From positions 7,509,843-7,549,262 of the forward strand of contig CM119263.1 in the NCBI GenBank assembly GCA_051294375.1: DNA of 39,420 nt. Reading direction: 5' to 3'. The stretch's first letter is position 1, and each line of letters opens with the position of its first letter. A program made the translations under genes and the position numbers. Below are positions 11,654 through 25,293 of this stretch, one piece after another. Source of the stretch: Paraspadella gotoi. Taxonomy: Eukaryota; Animalia; Chaetognatha. The notes below the pieces were generated by a model. The model worked only from the letters and a program-made list of their open reading frames with translations, ran no database searches and was not told where the DNA came from.

Positions 11654-12887
11654 CGAACCCCATTTTCAATCTCTGTCTCCAAAACCAAATTTTTTCTTCT
11701 CTTCAATTCAATCTTTCTTCTTTCTTTTTTTTTTTCTTCTTGCTCTTTTTTTTTCTTTTTCGATTTCTATTTTTCAATCTTAGCGACGGTCGGCCATTTT
11801 GAAGAAAGAAGATGAGGAGAAGGAGGAAGATGAGGAGGAGGACGAATTCTCTCGGAAGTGTATCATTCTTTTTTTTTCTTTCCTATCTCTCTCTCTCTCT
11901 CTCTCNNNNNNNNNNNNNNNNNNNNNNNNNNNNNNNNNNNNNNNNNNNNNNNNNNNNNNNNNNNNNNNNNNNNNNNNNNNNNNNNNNNNNNNNNNNNNNN
12001 NNNNNNNNNNNNNNNNNNNNNNNNNNNNNNNNNNNNNNNNNNNNNNNNNNNNNNNNNNNNNNNNNNNNNNNNNNNNNNNNNNNNNNNNNNNNNNNNNNNN
12101 NNNNNNNNNNNNNNNNNNNNNNNCTCTCTCTCTCTTCTCTTGCGGGAACAGGTTTTAAACCTTGAAAGTGAAAATGTGGAGCGAGACCCATTAAGAGGGA
12201 CGGACCGGAGGGAGGGGCGGGAATGGTGGGGGGTGGTGGTTGATTGAGGGTGGTAGAGGGTGGTGGGTGAGGGTGCCGAGGGTGAAGGTGGGAGTAAATG
12301 GGAATTCTCGAGTCGAATGCAAATTGAAATTTCGTTTCCGTCTTCTTCCTCGCTTTTCTCTTCGCTTCATTCTTCTTTTTCTCTTTTCTCCTTTTTTCTT
12401 TTTTCTTTTTTCTTTTTTTCTTTTTTTTTCTTTTCTCCTTTTTTCTCTTTTTTTTCCTTAATTTTTCTTTTTCTTCTTTTGCTTCATTTTCTGTTTCTTC
12501 TCTTCCTACATATTTTTTTTTCATATTTTTTTACTTGTTAACTTTTTTTTTATTTCTATTTCTGCTTCCAACAATTATCAACGTATCTTCTCTTTTCAAA
12601 ATCTAAACGTATTCGTTCTTAAAGTACAATCAATGACGACATTTGACATTTGACATTTGACAATTTCAAAACTCAGAAACCTGTGAATGTGATTAAACAA
12701 TTAGAATTACAAAGATAAATATTATTCGCAAAACGATATCGACTATAGAAGCAAAGGAAGCTAGCCGAGTATCGCTTCGGAAAATATTTCCAAAAATATC
12801 CACCCAACACTCACCTCTTTTAACATTACGAAACATTTCCCTCTCGTGGTGAAAATTTTCATTTCCATTTTTTTTCATAATTCGTTT
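11618..12887 (+). repeat. Copy D: indel-divergent inverted copy of ~10290-11617, directly abutting copy A (palindrome centre ctctctc|gagagag)
   Basis: Matches the start of copy B with many small indels (gagaaatccgaaccccatttt..., gatgaggagaaggaggaaga..., acaggttttaaaccttgaaagt). Contains a 218-N gap at 11906-12123. Confidence 0.9.
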
Positions 12888-12912
12888 NNNNNNNNNNNNN
12901 NNNNNNNNNNNN

Positions 12913-15852
12913 GAGAGAGAGAGAGAGCAGAGAGAGAAGAGATGAGAGAGAGGAGAGAAATCCGAACCCCATTTCTTGCACTCTTGTCTTCCAAACCAAA
13001 TTTTTTTCCTTCTCTATCAATTCAATCATTTCCATTCTTTCTTCTTTTTTTTTCTTCTTCTTGCTGCTTTTTATTTTGCTTTTTCGATTTCTATTTTTTT
13101 CAGTCTTAGCGGACGGTGGCCAATTTTGATAGAGAAAGAAGATGAGGAGAAGGAGGAAGAGTTGAGGAAGCGAGACGAAATTCCTCTAATGTCGAGACAA
13201 GTGTACATTCTGTTTTTTTTCTTTCCTATCTCGTCCTTCCTCTGTCTCTGCTGTGTGTGTGTCCTCTCTCGCTATCTGTACCTGAGCCCTGATGTTTCTC
13301 CTTCTACCTTCTCCGTCATCTCTCTCTCCTCTCGGCGACTCTCGGCCCTCTCGTACCTCTCTCTCTGCCATCTCTCTCTCTATCTCCGTTCGTCATGCCT
13401 CTCTCGTTCCTCTCTCGTCTCGCCTTGCTCGTTGACGGGAACAGGTTTTAAACCTTGAAAGTAGAAAACTGTGGAGCGAGGACACCCATAAGGAGAGGGA
13501 CGGACGGAGAGGAAGGGCGGGAATGGTGGGGGTGGTGGTTTGATCTGAGGGTGGTGAGAGGGTGGTGGGGGTGAGGGTCCGAGGGTGAAGGTGGGATAGT
13601 AAAATGGGTAATTCTCGTGAGTCGAATGGCAAATTAGAATATCGTTCCGTCTCTCCTTCGCTTTTCTCTTCACGCTTTCATTCTTCTTTCCTCTTTTCCC
13701 TTTTCTTTTTTTCTTTTTTTTCTTTTTGTCCTTTTTTATTCTTTATTCTCCCTTTTTTCTCCCTTTTTTTCCTTTATTTTGTCTTTTTCTTCTTCTTGCT
13801 TCAATTTCTGTTTCTTCCTTCGCTACATATATTTTTCATATCTTTTTTTACTTCTTAACTTTTTTTTTATTTCTATTTCCGCTTCAAATTATCAGATGTA
13901 ATCTCTCTTTTCAAAATCTAAACGGTATTCGTTCTTGAAAGTACAATTAATGACGATCATTGACATTTGAACATTCTGAACAATTTCAAAACTCAAACCT
14001 GTGAAGTATTAAAGCAATTGAATTACAAACGATCAAATATTAATTCGCAAAAGATATCAAACTATAGAAGCAACGAAGGCAAGACCGAAGTATACGCCCT
14101 TCCGGAAAATATTGTCACCCAAATATCCACCCAACGGCATCTCACTGCTCTTTTCAACATTACGAAACATTTCCCTCTACTGGGTTCTTGGCTCTAGTGG
14201 TGAAATTCAATTTCCTTGTTTTTTTTTTTCATAATTCCGTTTTTTGATGAAGTATCGGCACCTTTTTTTATCTGCCCTAGAAGTACAAGTACGATCCCGT
14301 GCCATATAATATTTTTGAGTTAGCATTCTAAACGCTTTTGACGGCATCACTGATTAATGCTTATCATTCTAACAAGTATTAAACTGATTTATTTAAAATG
14401 GCAAGTTTTCTCCCACCAGAAATCCACGTCTTCCCTTTTCCAATTAACTGCCCCTCGTGACTAAGTCCTCGCTCTTCTCCTCCCCCCCACTTGAAGGACG
14501 TTGCGAACCGAAATTTTCGGCAAAAGGAATCGTTTAAAACTCTCCGAAACCTTTCACTTTGTTTTGCGGATTGGATCACACCCGAGCGCACGGCCTTCCT
14601 TGCTTTTACATTCACAGTCCCTCTTTCGTTACGAATCTAACTCTACATCCTCTCGTCTCGTCGTCGTCATCTCGTCTGCTCTCTCTCTCTCTCTCTCTGC
14701 CTCCTCTCTCTTTTCTCTCTCTCTCTCGCTCTAATCTCTCTCATTCAGTATGAACTGTGAAGCACCAACCTCACAGGTCCTCAGGCTCCCACAGACCATT
14801 ACCCACAGTTGAAAATTCATGCAACATCCACAGTTCCAATTTTCCAACTGCTGTCTCTTCATCTTTCCACTTGCTCTCAAAATCGTCAATCCTAATTTTT
14901 CCACGACTCTTCGTCGATCCCCTTACAGCCCTGTTACCATCTTTTTCACAACTCTTCCCTATATTTTCCCCACACCCCCCCATTGTATCACTCCTCTTCA
15001 TCTTACCCTCCTCGTTATTCCTATCTTCCATCTCTCCTCCTTACTCGACCCCACTCTCCTCCCCCCCCATCCTGTCTCGTCGGACAAAACGTATTATTGA
15101 ATAAAAACCGAATTTTTTTTCCCTTGTAAAAAAAAAATGGGTTTAACACGGATAACGATTATCCGGTTGCCGAAAGCGATACTGTCCCTATTCGCTATGC
15201 CATCGCTATTTTTTTTTTTTCAATTTTTTTTTTTCCGTTTCTTCCCATCGTCCGTCGCGTTTTTGCTGAGAAAAGGGGTTTATATTTAGCCTGCCTTACT
15301 TTTAAAACGATTATCTCTTCGACGGCGCAACAAAAACTTGGCAGCGAGGATCCTCCTCCCATTTCCATGCCCTTCCTTTTTACTTTCCATGCTTGCAAAG
15401 ATCTTTTCCGTAGTTTCCATGCTTGTTACAACTTTTGCCGCAGTTTCCATGCTTTCAACGTTCTTTTTTATTCTTTACCTCGATTCTCTTTGCTGTACTG
15501 GCGGACGATATGCTTTTTTCAGTCATGCGCGCAGTATGCAAAATTTTTCAATAAAATTTTTCATTTCAATATATAATTTTTAAAAGCCAGTTTTTCTTTA
15601 CTTTGACCACCTGAGTAGTTATTTAGTAATTTAGTTTAATTTTCTACTTTTTTTCTTATTTTGATATTTTTCACTATTTTTAAATTTTTCAACTTCCTTT
15701 AATCTGACCAAGCCAAAATATCTGCTCCCCTTCTTTTCAATTTTTCTTCAACCAAACCTTATCTCAACGTCGGTTCTATTTTTACTCACCCTTTCTCCAG
15801 TTTTACTTACCTCCTCTCGAAGGTCATAAACTCCCTCACCCAAACCCCCCCC
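12913..15852 (+). repeat. Copy B, between two 25-N gaps; matches A to ~15280, then deletion-rich
   Basis: Starts at the mirror of 11617 and is offset 2965 bp from copy C. ORF translations are identical to A and C up to 15104. Confidence 0.95.
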
Positions 15853-15877
15853 NNNNNNNNNNNNNNNNNNNNNNNNN

Positions 15878-18800
15878 GAGAGAGAGAGAGAGCAGAGAGA
15901 GAAGAGATGAGAGAGAGGAGAGAAATCCGAACCCCATTTCTTGCACTCTTGTCTTCCAAACCAAATTTTTTTCCTTCTCTATCAATTCAATCATTTCCAT
16001 TCTTTCTTCTTTTTTTTTCTTCTTCTTGCTGCTTTTTATTTTGCTTTTTCGATTTCTATTTTTTTCAGTCTTAGCGGACGGTGGCCAATTTTGATAGAGA
16101 AAGAAGATGAGGAGAAGGAGGAAGAGTTGAGGAAGCGAGACGAAATTCCTCTAATGTCGAGACAAGTGTACATTCTGTTTTTTTTCTTTCCTATCTCGTC
16201 CTTCCTCTGTCTCTGCTGTGTGTGTGTCCTCTCTCGCTATCTGTACCTGAGCCCTGATGTTTCTCCTTCTACCTTCTCCGTCATCTCTCTCTCCTCTCGG
16301 CGACTCTCGGCCCTCTCGTACCTCTCTCTCTGCCATCTCTCTCTCTATCTCCGTTCGTCATGCCTCTCTCGTTCCTCTCTCGTCTCGCCTTGCTCGTTGA
16401 CGGGAACAGGTTTTAAACCTTGAAAGTAGAAAACTGTGGAGCGAGGACACCCATAAGGAGAGGGACGGACGGAGAGGAAGGGCGGGAATGGTGGGGGTGG
16501 TGGTTTGATCTGAGGGTGGTGAGAGGGTGGTGGGGGTGAGGGTCCGAGGGTGAAGGTGGGATAGTAAAATGGGTAATTCTCGTGAGTCGAATGGCAAATT
16601 AGAATATCGTTCCGTCTCTCCTTCGCTTTTCTCTTCACGCTTTCATTCTTCTTTCCTCTTTTCCCTTTTCTTTTTTTCTTTTTTTTCTTTTTGTCCTTTT
16701 TTATTCTTTATTCTCCCTTTTTTCTCCCTTTTTTTCCTTTATTTTGTCTTTTTCTTCTTCTTGCTTCAATTTCTGTTTCTTCCTTCGCTACATATATTTT
16801 TCATATCTTTTTTTACTTCTTAACTTTTTTTTTATTTCTATTTCCGCTTCAAATTATCAGATGTAATCTCTCTTTTCAAAATCTAAACGGTATTCGTTCT
16901 TGAAAGTACAATTAATGACGATCATTGACATTTGAACATTCTGAACAATTTCAAAACTCAAACCTGTGAAGTATTAAAGCAATTGAATTACAAACGATCA
17001 AATATTAATTCGCAAAAGATATCAAACTATAGAAGCAACGAAGGCAAGACCGAAGTATACGCCCTTCCGGAAAATATTGTCACCCAAATATCCACCCAAC
17101 GGCATCTCACTGCTCTTTTCAACATTACGAAACATTTCCCTCTACTGGGTTCTTGGCTCTAGTGGTGAAATTCAATTTCCTTGTTTTTTTTTTTCATAAT
17201 TCCGTTTTTTGATGAAGTATCGGCACCTTTTTTTATCTGCCCTAGAAGTACAAGTACGATCCCGTGCCATATAATATTTTTGAGTTAGCATTCTAAACGC
17301 TTTTGACGGCATCACTGATTAATGCTTATCATTCTAACAAGTATTAAACTGATTTATTTAAAATGGCAAGTTTTCTCCCACCAGAAATCCACGTCTTCCC
17401 TTTTCCAATTAACTGCCCCTCGTGACTAAGTCCTCGCTCTTCTCCTCCCCCCCACTTGAAGGACGTTGCGAACCGAAATTTTCGGCAAAAGGAATCGTTT
17501 AAAACTCTCCGAAACCTTTCACTTTGTTTTGCGGATTGGATCACACCCGAGCGCACGGCCTTCCTTGCTTTTACATTCACAGTCCCTCTTTCGTTACGAA
17601 TCTAACTCTACATCCTCTCGTCTCGTCGTCGTCATCTCGTCTGCTCTCTCTCTCTCTCTCTCTGCCTCCTCTCTCTTTTCTCTCTCTCTCTCGCTCTAAT
17701 CTCTCTCATTCAGTATGAACTGTGAAGCACCAACCTCACAGGTCCTCAGGCTCCCACAGACCATTACCCACAGTTGAAAATTCATGCAACATCCACAGTT
17801 CCAATTTTCCAACTGCTGTCTCTTCATCTTTCCACTTGCTCTCAAAATCGTCAATCCTAATTTTTCCACGACTCTTCGTCGATCCCCTTACAGCCCTGTT
17901 ACCATCTTTTTCACAACTCTTCCCTATATTTTCCCCACACCCCCCCATTGTATCACTCCTCTTCATCTTACCCTCCTCGTTATTCCTATCTTCCATCTCT
18001 CCTCCTTACTCGACCCCACTCTCCTCCCCCCCCATCCTGTCTCGTCGGACAAAACGTATTATTGAATAAAAACCGAATTTTTTTTCCCTTGTAAAAAAAA
18101 AATGGGTTTAACACGGATAACGATTATCCGGTTGCCGAAAGCGATACTGTCCCTATTCGCTATGCCATCGCTATTTTTTTTTTTTCAATTTTTTTTTTTC
18201 CGTTTCTTCCCATCGTCCGTCGCGTTTTTGCTGAGAAAAGGGGTTTAATATTGTAGCCTGCGCTTACTTTACAACGATTTATCTCCTTCGACGGCGCAAA
18301 ACAAAAGACTTGGGCAGCGAGGATGCCTCTCCTGCCCATTTTCATGCACCTTCCCTTTTTATTTCTCGATGCTTTGCAAAGATCGTTTTTCAGTAGTTTC
18401 CCATGCTTGTTACACACTTTCTGCCGCATTTCCATGCTTTTCAAGCGTTCTTTTTTTATTCTTACACATCGATTCTCTTTGCCGCAACTGGAAGACATAT
18501 GCCTTTTTTTCAGTCATGGGCTCGCAAGTAATGCAAAGAATTTTTCAATAAAAGTTTTTCAATTTCAATATATATAGATTTTTAAAGAAGCCAGTTGTTT
18601 TCTTTACTTTGACCACCTTGAGTAGTTATTTAGAATTTTAGTTTAATTTTCTACTTTTTTTTCTTATTTTGATACTTTTTCACTATTTTTTAATACTTTT
18701 CAACTTCCTTTTATCGTGACCAGAGCCAACAGATATCTGTTCCCCTTCGTTATGTAGTTCAATTTTTCTTCAACCAATACTTATTCAACGTCGGTTCTAT

Positions 18801-19548
18801 TTTTACTGCACCCTGTTTTCCAGTTTACTTACCTCCTCTCGGAAGGTCATGAAACTCCCCCGCACCCAAACCCCCCACCCCCAGTCTTTTCTTCCGCGGA
18901 CCGGACAAAAAACAATTCGAACGAGTGAGCGAAATTCAATTTATCACCGCGAATCGAAAGGTCGCGGACCACGAAAAGTTCCGGAAAAAGCGTGAAAAAA
19001 AAAAAAAAAAAAAACTCTTAAAAGCCCCGAAGTTTTCGAGTCAGAGAAGTCACGCTGAAATACCATCCAATGAATGTAAAAATTAGTCTATGTAAACGTC
19101 ACCGTATGACGAACCATTCAACATATTTGACGAGAAAACTTGAGTTTTAACAGTTTATCAAAAATATGCCATTTGATAACGTTTACATCAATTACTAATA
19201 CTAGAAAATTAGAAATTTTATAGCGAACTATTGCTGAGACCCATCGACTTTGTGAAATCTACGTTTATCCCTTTTTACACACTAACGCACACCCTCTCAC
19301 ACTGAAAAAAAGTCGCGTCCATAAAACTCTATCCTATTTTACCCCGGCCTCTCTTTCTTTCTCTACCCAAACCACCCGGCGAGGACACTCAAAGCCCCAA
19401 ACTCCACCCCATCCCTTCCACTCGCCCCCTCTTTTTTTTTTCTCTCTCTCTCTCTCTCGACTCAGGGGTCGTTTTCTTTCTTTCTCTTTCCGGTCGATTT
19501 GAACGGCGAGCCCCTCCTTTCTCGTGAATGTCCACTAGATCGAATCCC
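15878..19548 (+). repeat. Copy C, after a 25-N gap; matches A to ~19020, then noisy
   Basis: Starts at the mirror of 11617 and ends at gatcgaatccc, the mirror of 7926. Confidence 0.95.
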
Positions 19549-19934
19549 AGAATACATTCCGCCAGAATGACGATGACGACGAGTGATATTATACCCTCTA
19601 GTCGTCTCGTTCTATCGTCGTTCTTGTTCTGTCGATCTCGTGCGTCGATATAAGGGCGATTTTCCAGTTGGTTCTGTTATCTATACTGGCTCGTTGTTTG
19701 TCTGCCACATATCATTCTGATTTAGCAATGTGCTCAGTATCAGGAATGTCAACTTATGGCTTGTCTAATTTTGTGCTCGGATGGGGGGGGGAAGTGGTCG
19801 CAATTGGCTTAGTCGCACTGAGAAGGCACGACGTTCGGGAGCTTAGTGCGATGAGCTGAGCAGGTAGCACGATGGAGTAGCAGATAGGAGAGATGACGAG
19901 CGTCAGTCGTACGCACGAGTACGAGAGAGAGAAG

Positions 19935-19968
<34 letters not shown>

Positions 19969-20944
19969 AGAGAGAGACATTATATTCCAGACGTCAGGTC
20001 TTGTCCATTCGCGCATTTGTGTACGTATCTAACTTACTGGGACGCTTTCAGCACTAAATCTATCGTCTCTCGTCACTAGTCTCTCAGATCTCTCACAATT
20101 GTCGGATCTATCATTCAAGCATGGCGTGATCTCATGCTCTCGCTCCTCTCTCTTCTCTATCTCGTTCCTCGTCTCTTCTCGTCTTGCCTCTCTCTTCCTA
20201 TCTCTCTCTCGATTATCTGCTCTCGAAGAATATCTCCATTCTCAGTCGATGTCTCTCTCTCTCTCTCTCTGTCTCTCGTCCGATGGCAGGACGATTTTTT
20301 TCGCGGGGGTCGTTCCAAGAGTTTTAATTTATTTGTCGGAGCCTTACGTCCCTTTTTAAATCCTTTCCACGGTCTTTGTTGTTTTCCTCCCTCAACTTAT
20401 ATAGCGGCAGTATGCCCCCAAGACATCCCATCCTAATGATGTTCGCCCGCGTCCCCCTAAGAATCCCCCCCATATTCGGTCTCGGCAGGAACGGTGAGAT
20501 GGGGGGGGGGTTGAAGAGACTATGATCCACGAGGTATCTATCGAGTCAACCGAGATCGGATTACAGACATCGAATACTGTTCACTTTAAACTAAAGTCAA
20601 ATCAACGAATCAAGATTATTAAGTTGATTATTCTTTTTTATAGCAATCTCCGGAGCAGCGACAAGACACAAACCACAAGATAGATGAACTTTAACGAATA
20701 AACAATCTGTATTTGCGAAAAAGTTTTTCATCAAAAAACTAGTATAACGAAACTCGGGTCGAGTGTGAAGATCAGGAAGTTAATATTTTTAAAATTCCTT
20801 GACCTGAAAAGGACTGGGAAGCGACTTGGTGGGTTTTAGAAAAACCCAGACTATAGAAAGAAGGCACCTAGAACCTTTCCTAGGAAAAGGGATGTAGTAT
20901 GGTACGGAATTGTAGAATTGTAGAATTGTAGATGTAACATGAGA

Positions 20945-22061
20945 GATAAGAATGAATACTTAAATAAGGAAAATAAATAGATAGTTAACTCCAAAATTCC
21001 ATATTTCCGTCAGATTTTAAACAGCTTCTCTGTCCATTTTACCTCCAACCGTCGACTTTCTTCCTTCCCAAATTTTCTCAACCTTTTCCTCTTTTCCACT
21101 TTCTCTCCCCTCAGATGACCAACTCCAAAAATTTGATTTGCGCCAAAAAAAAAAAGAGGAAAAATTCCATCAAAAAAAAAGGAGAGAAAAAAATTCTCGT
21201 TTCCTCCATTTTTCCTTAGTCGCTGCCGCAGCCGCCGCTGCAGCCGCCACAGCAGCCGCCGCTTCTGTTGGCCGCCATTTTCATTCTTTTTTTAAAACTA
21301 TTTTTCCCTACTTTTTTCTTCCTTTCTATCTTTTTCCTTTCCTTTTTTTTCTTTCTTTTTTCGCTTCGCAAAATTTTCGGACAATTTTTTTTTCCGAGAA
21401 AGAAAAAAAGAAAGAATTCTCCGGGCGGATTCAGCCGGTGGCGGACAGGGTGAGGGTTGGTGAGGTCGAGGGTAAGTTGACTCGCTCATTTTAGAAGCTG
21501 GAAAGTTGGAAGAGGAGAATAAAGGTGAGCGGGGTCGTGGCGAGGCTGTCGCTGGATTGTGAAGTTAGTCTCTAGTGGACTCGGCATCGTGGTCAATCGA
21601 ATTCTTTACTCTCCTCGCCTTACCCTTCCTTACCATCGATCAAACACTTGTCTCCTTTTCGCTCTTAAAAGAAAAAATGGTAGACGCTACTTCTCTCGTC
21701 CTCGACTTCGCCCAGAGTCCGACGAAACGAGCGCCGCACAGCGCCGACTTTTTGAAAAGGACGCCGCCTAGGAACGCCGCCTCGGAACGCCCCTTTGGCA
21801 GAACGCAATTTTAGCCAAGGCCACTTGAAGACCCGATCGCCTCCTTTTAAAATGTACAGGCCCATAAAAAGATCTTTACAAAAAATTGTTTTGCTAAAAA
21901 CTTTTGTCCGAAATACATGTTCGTAATGGTTTTATTAACAAAGTTTGGAATTTAACTAAATCAAAGCCTAAATTCAAGAACAAAATTTATTAAAATTATG
22001 TTCCTTAAAAAACATTGAAATAAAAATGCTGGACCTACCAAAAAATATTTAAAAAAAATGA
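20945..22061 (-). repeat. Block b', reverse complement of ~31382-32492 and of ~22361-23596
   Basis: Begins gataagaatgaatact (reverse complement of agtattcattcttatc) and ends aaatgctggacctacc...aaaaaatga. Confidence 0.92.
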
Positions 22062-22089
22062 GTCTCTCGTCCAGTCCACGTTCAAATTC

Positions 22090-22186
<97 letters not shown>

Positions 22187-23596
22187 CCTTCTCTCTCTCC
22201 CCGGAATATGGGTTTTTACCGAGCTCCTCTGTCCGACAAATGAAAAAAGCCCAAAATGTTTCGCGGACATAAAAAGGAGGCGTGGCCAGACTGGAGAAAA
22301 TGGAGAGACGGAGGGCGGACTGGACTGGGGGGGGGGTGGATTCAAAAGAGAGCATACGTTTTCATTTTATTTTAAATGATATTGTTATGGCTTCAGGCTC
22401 CAGATTTTTATTTCAATGTTTTCTTAAGGAACATAATTTTAATAAATTTTGTTCTGATTTAGGCTTTGATTTAACGTTTAAATTCAAACTTTGTTAATAA
22501 AACCAATTACGAACATGGTATCTTCGGACAACAAGTTTTTCTGCATAATTACAATTTGAAATCCTTATTCTATTTTATCATGGGCCTCGTACTATATTTA
22601 AAAGTTGAGGCCTGCATCGGGTCTTAAGTGGCATCTTGTTGTCTAAAATTGCTGTTCTGCCAAAAGGGTCCGTTCCGAGGACGCGCAGTTCCTAGGCGGC
22701 GTCCTTTTTTTCAAAAAGTCGGCGCTGTGCGGCGCTCAGTTTCGTCGTGACTCTGGGCGAAGGTCGAGGACGAGAGACAGTAGCGTCTACCATTTTTTCT
22801 CTTTAGAGAGCCCGAAAAAGGAACAAGTTGTTTGATCCGCATGTAAGTGAAAGGGATAAGGCGAGGGAAGCTAAAGAATTCAGATTGGACCACGGATGCC
22901 GAGTCCTAGAGACTAACATTCACAAATCCACGCGACAGGCCCTCTCCACGACCCCGCTCACCTTTATTCTCCTCTTCCAAACTTTCCAGCTTCTAACAAT
23001 GAAGGCGAGTCAAACTTACCATCAACTCCACCAAACCCTCACCCTGTTCCGCCACCGGCTGAATCCGACCCGGAGAATTCTGTTTCTTTTTTTCTTTTCT
23101 CGCGAAAAAAAATTGTCCGAAAATTTTGATCCGAATTGACGTATAAAAAAGAACAGAAAAAAAAGGAAAGGAAAAAGATTAGAAAAGGATAGAAAAAAGT
23201 ACCGTGGGGAAAAATAGTTAAAAAAAGACATGAAAAATCTGGCGGCCCAACAGAAGACGGCGGCTGCCTGTGAGCGCTGCAGCGGCGCCGCTGCGGCAGC
23301 GACTAAGGAAAAATATGAGGCAAACCCGAGAATTTTTTTTCTCATCCTTTTCTTTTTGAGGAAATTTTTCCGGCTCTTTTTTTTTTATGGCAAATCAAGA
23401 TTTTGGAGTTGGTCAATCTGAGGGGAGAGAAAGTGAAAAGAGGAAAACGGTGAGAAATTTCAGGAAGAAGAAAGTCGACGGTTGGACGTTAAAAGTGAAT
23501 CAGAGAAGCTCGTTTTAAGATCTGACGGAAATATGGAATTTTGGCAGTTAACTATCATAATGTTATTTTTCCTTATTTTAAGTATTCATTCTTATC
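22062..23596 (+). repeat. Block a+b, direct copy of 31085-32492; insertion-rich after ~22350
   Basis: ORFs 22082..22345 and 31105..31368 are identical (offset 9023). Both copies end at attcattcttatc immediately before a 25-N gap. Confidence 0.92.
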
Positions 23597-24694
23597 NNNN
23601 NNNNNNNNNNNNNNNNNNNNNGCTGACCGCCCACTCGGATCGCCATCCTTGGCGAGAACCTCGGGTTTTTTTTTCCGTGGGGTGGGCGGAAGTGGGCGTG
23701 TCTCTCGAAGGCTCCTTTCGGCCTTCGCGACGATACAGTCTACAGTATCGTCGATGGCCCGATACTGCACTTTTGGGGTTTCGTATCGCAGAATGGATTT
23801 TTTTTTTTTGTCGGAGAATTCCGAGGAGTAGAAAAAGGAATTAGTTTCTCCCACGCGTCCGAGAGAATTTCGAGACCGAAGTGAGAAGCCAATGTTCATG
23901 ACGAGATTGGTGGTCGAGGATGATCACAATTCTAATGTCTAGTTTTGATAAACGGGTGGTGCAGACATTTAAATTTTATTGAACTTAAAATGATAAATTT
24001 TATTAATTTAATTCTAATTTAACTTTTATGAATTTGTGTGTTATCTTTCATGACATTTTTAATGTGTCTTTCTTTTTTTTTGTATTTATTTATTTTACAA
24101 TTTATGGTAATTTTCAAAATTCTTTTCATTCATGATCTATGTTTACCCGCTCAGTTTTCCTGATTATACTTCACTAAAAATTACTGTGACAGGTAATTAT
24201 GCAGTGTTGCAATGTTAAGTTATGTCAAGTTATGGAATGTTTTAATCAGTGGTCGTCATTCTCCAATATTGTGAGTGACCACTCAGTCCCTCTCACTCCG
24301 ACAGTGGTCACTCTTCTCTCTCCATCCCTCTCGCTCTCTCTCTCGTCGCTGGCCACTCGCCCCATTTCTCTCCACTTGGCTGCATTTTCATGATCTTTAT
24401 GGTTCTTTATGCCCGTAAAACTCGGGCGCAGCAAATGAAGAAAAAAGAAAAGAAAGATGAAGAAAAAAGAGAAGAAAACGAAAAAGAAAAGAAATAAGAA
24501 AAGAAAATGAAATAGAATGAAAAAAAAGGCGGGCAAGGCTGCACGCTGAAATTTGAATATTTCGATGAGCTTCGCTTTCTCTTTTTCTTTTTCTTTCTTT
24601 TTTTAAGATTTCATTCAATATTATGTAGCATTATGTAGTTCGGTTTGATCCTACAAGTTGAGAACGAGACCCAGGGTCATTCAAATATATTCGC

Positions 24695-24763
<69 letters not shown>

Positions 24764-24801
24764 TCTTTCCTCGGGTAATGATGTATTCTTGTTTCTCACT
24801 C

Positions 24802-24895
<94 letters not shown>

Positions 24896-25260
24896 TGGGC
24901 TTTTTCTAAGGCGAAGTCAAGTCATCAATTTTCTTTTGAAATTCCTCACAATGGGATGCGAACCAGTCAGCGCTCCATTTGGCCCTCGTCTTTTCAATTC
25001 AACCAAATCTTTTTCTTTCTTTTTTCTTCCTTTTTTTTCCTTTTTTTTCTTTCGTTCTGATTCTGTTATTTTCTATTTTCTGTTTTTTTTTTAAATTTTT
25101 TTAAATTGATTTAGTTTTTCTTTTTAAAGGGTAAGATATGTTCGTTGATAATTCACTAAATTAATATTTTTTAAATTCCACAATATTATTCACATTAATG
25201 GATTAGATTTAGCGGCGAGATTTTGTCGTGAGAATATTGAATTGGGAGGGGACGACGACG

Positions 25261-25293
<33 letters not shown>

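Noticed and set aside
7926-19548. Large-TIR transposon (Foldback/Polinton) or LTR pair
   Set aside because: No transposase, integrase or polymerase, no target-site duplication, and copy ends coincide with assembly gaps.
20907-20936. (GAATTGTA)x3 as a telomeric seed at the palindrome end
   Set aside because: Only three units, not G-rich, and embedded in noisy sequence.
23728-23753. Hairpin cgacgatac-N8-gtatcgtcg (mirrored near 30954-30980) and cggataa-tcg-ttatccg near 9365
   Set aside because: Short isolated stems with no tRNA or known ncRNA context.
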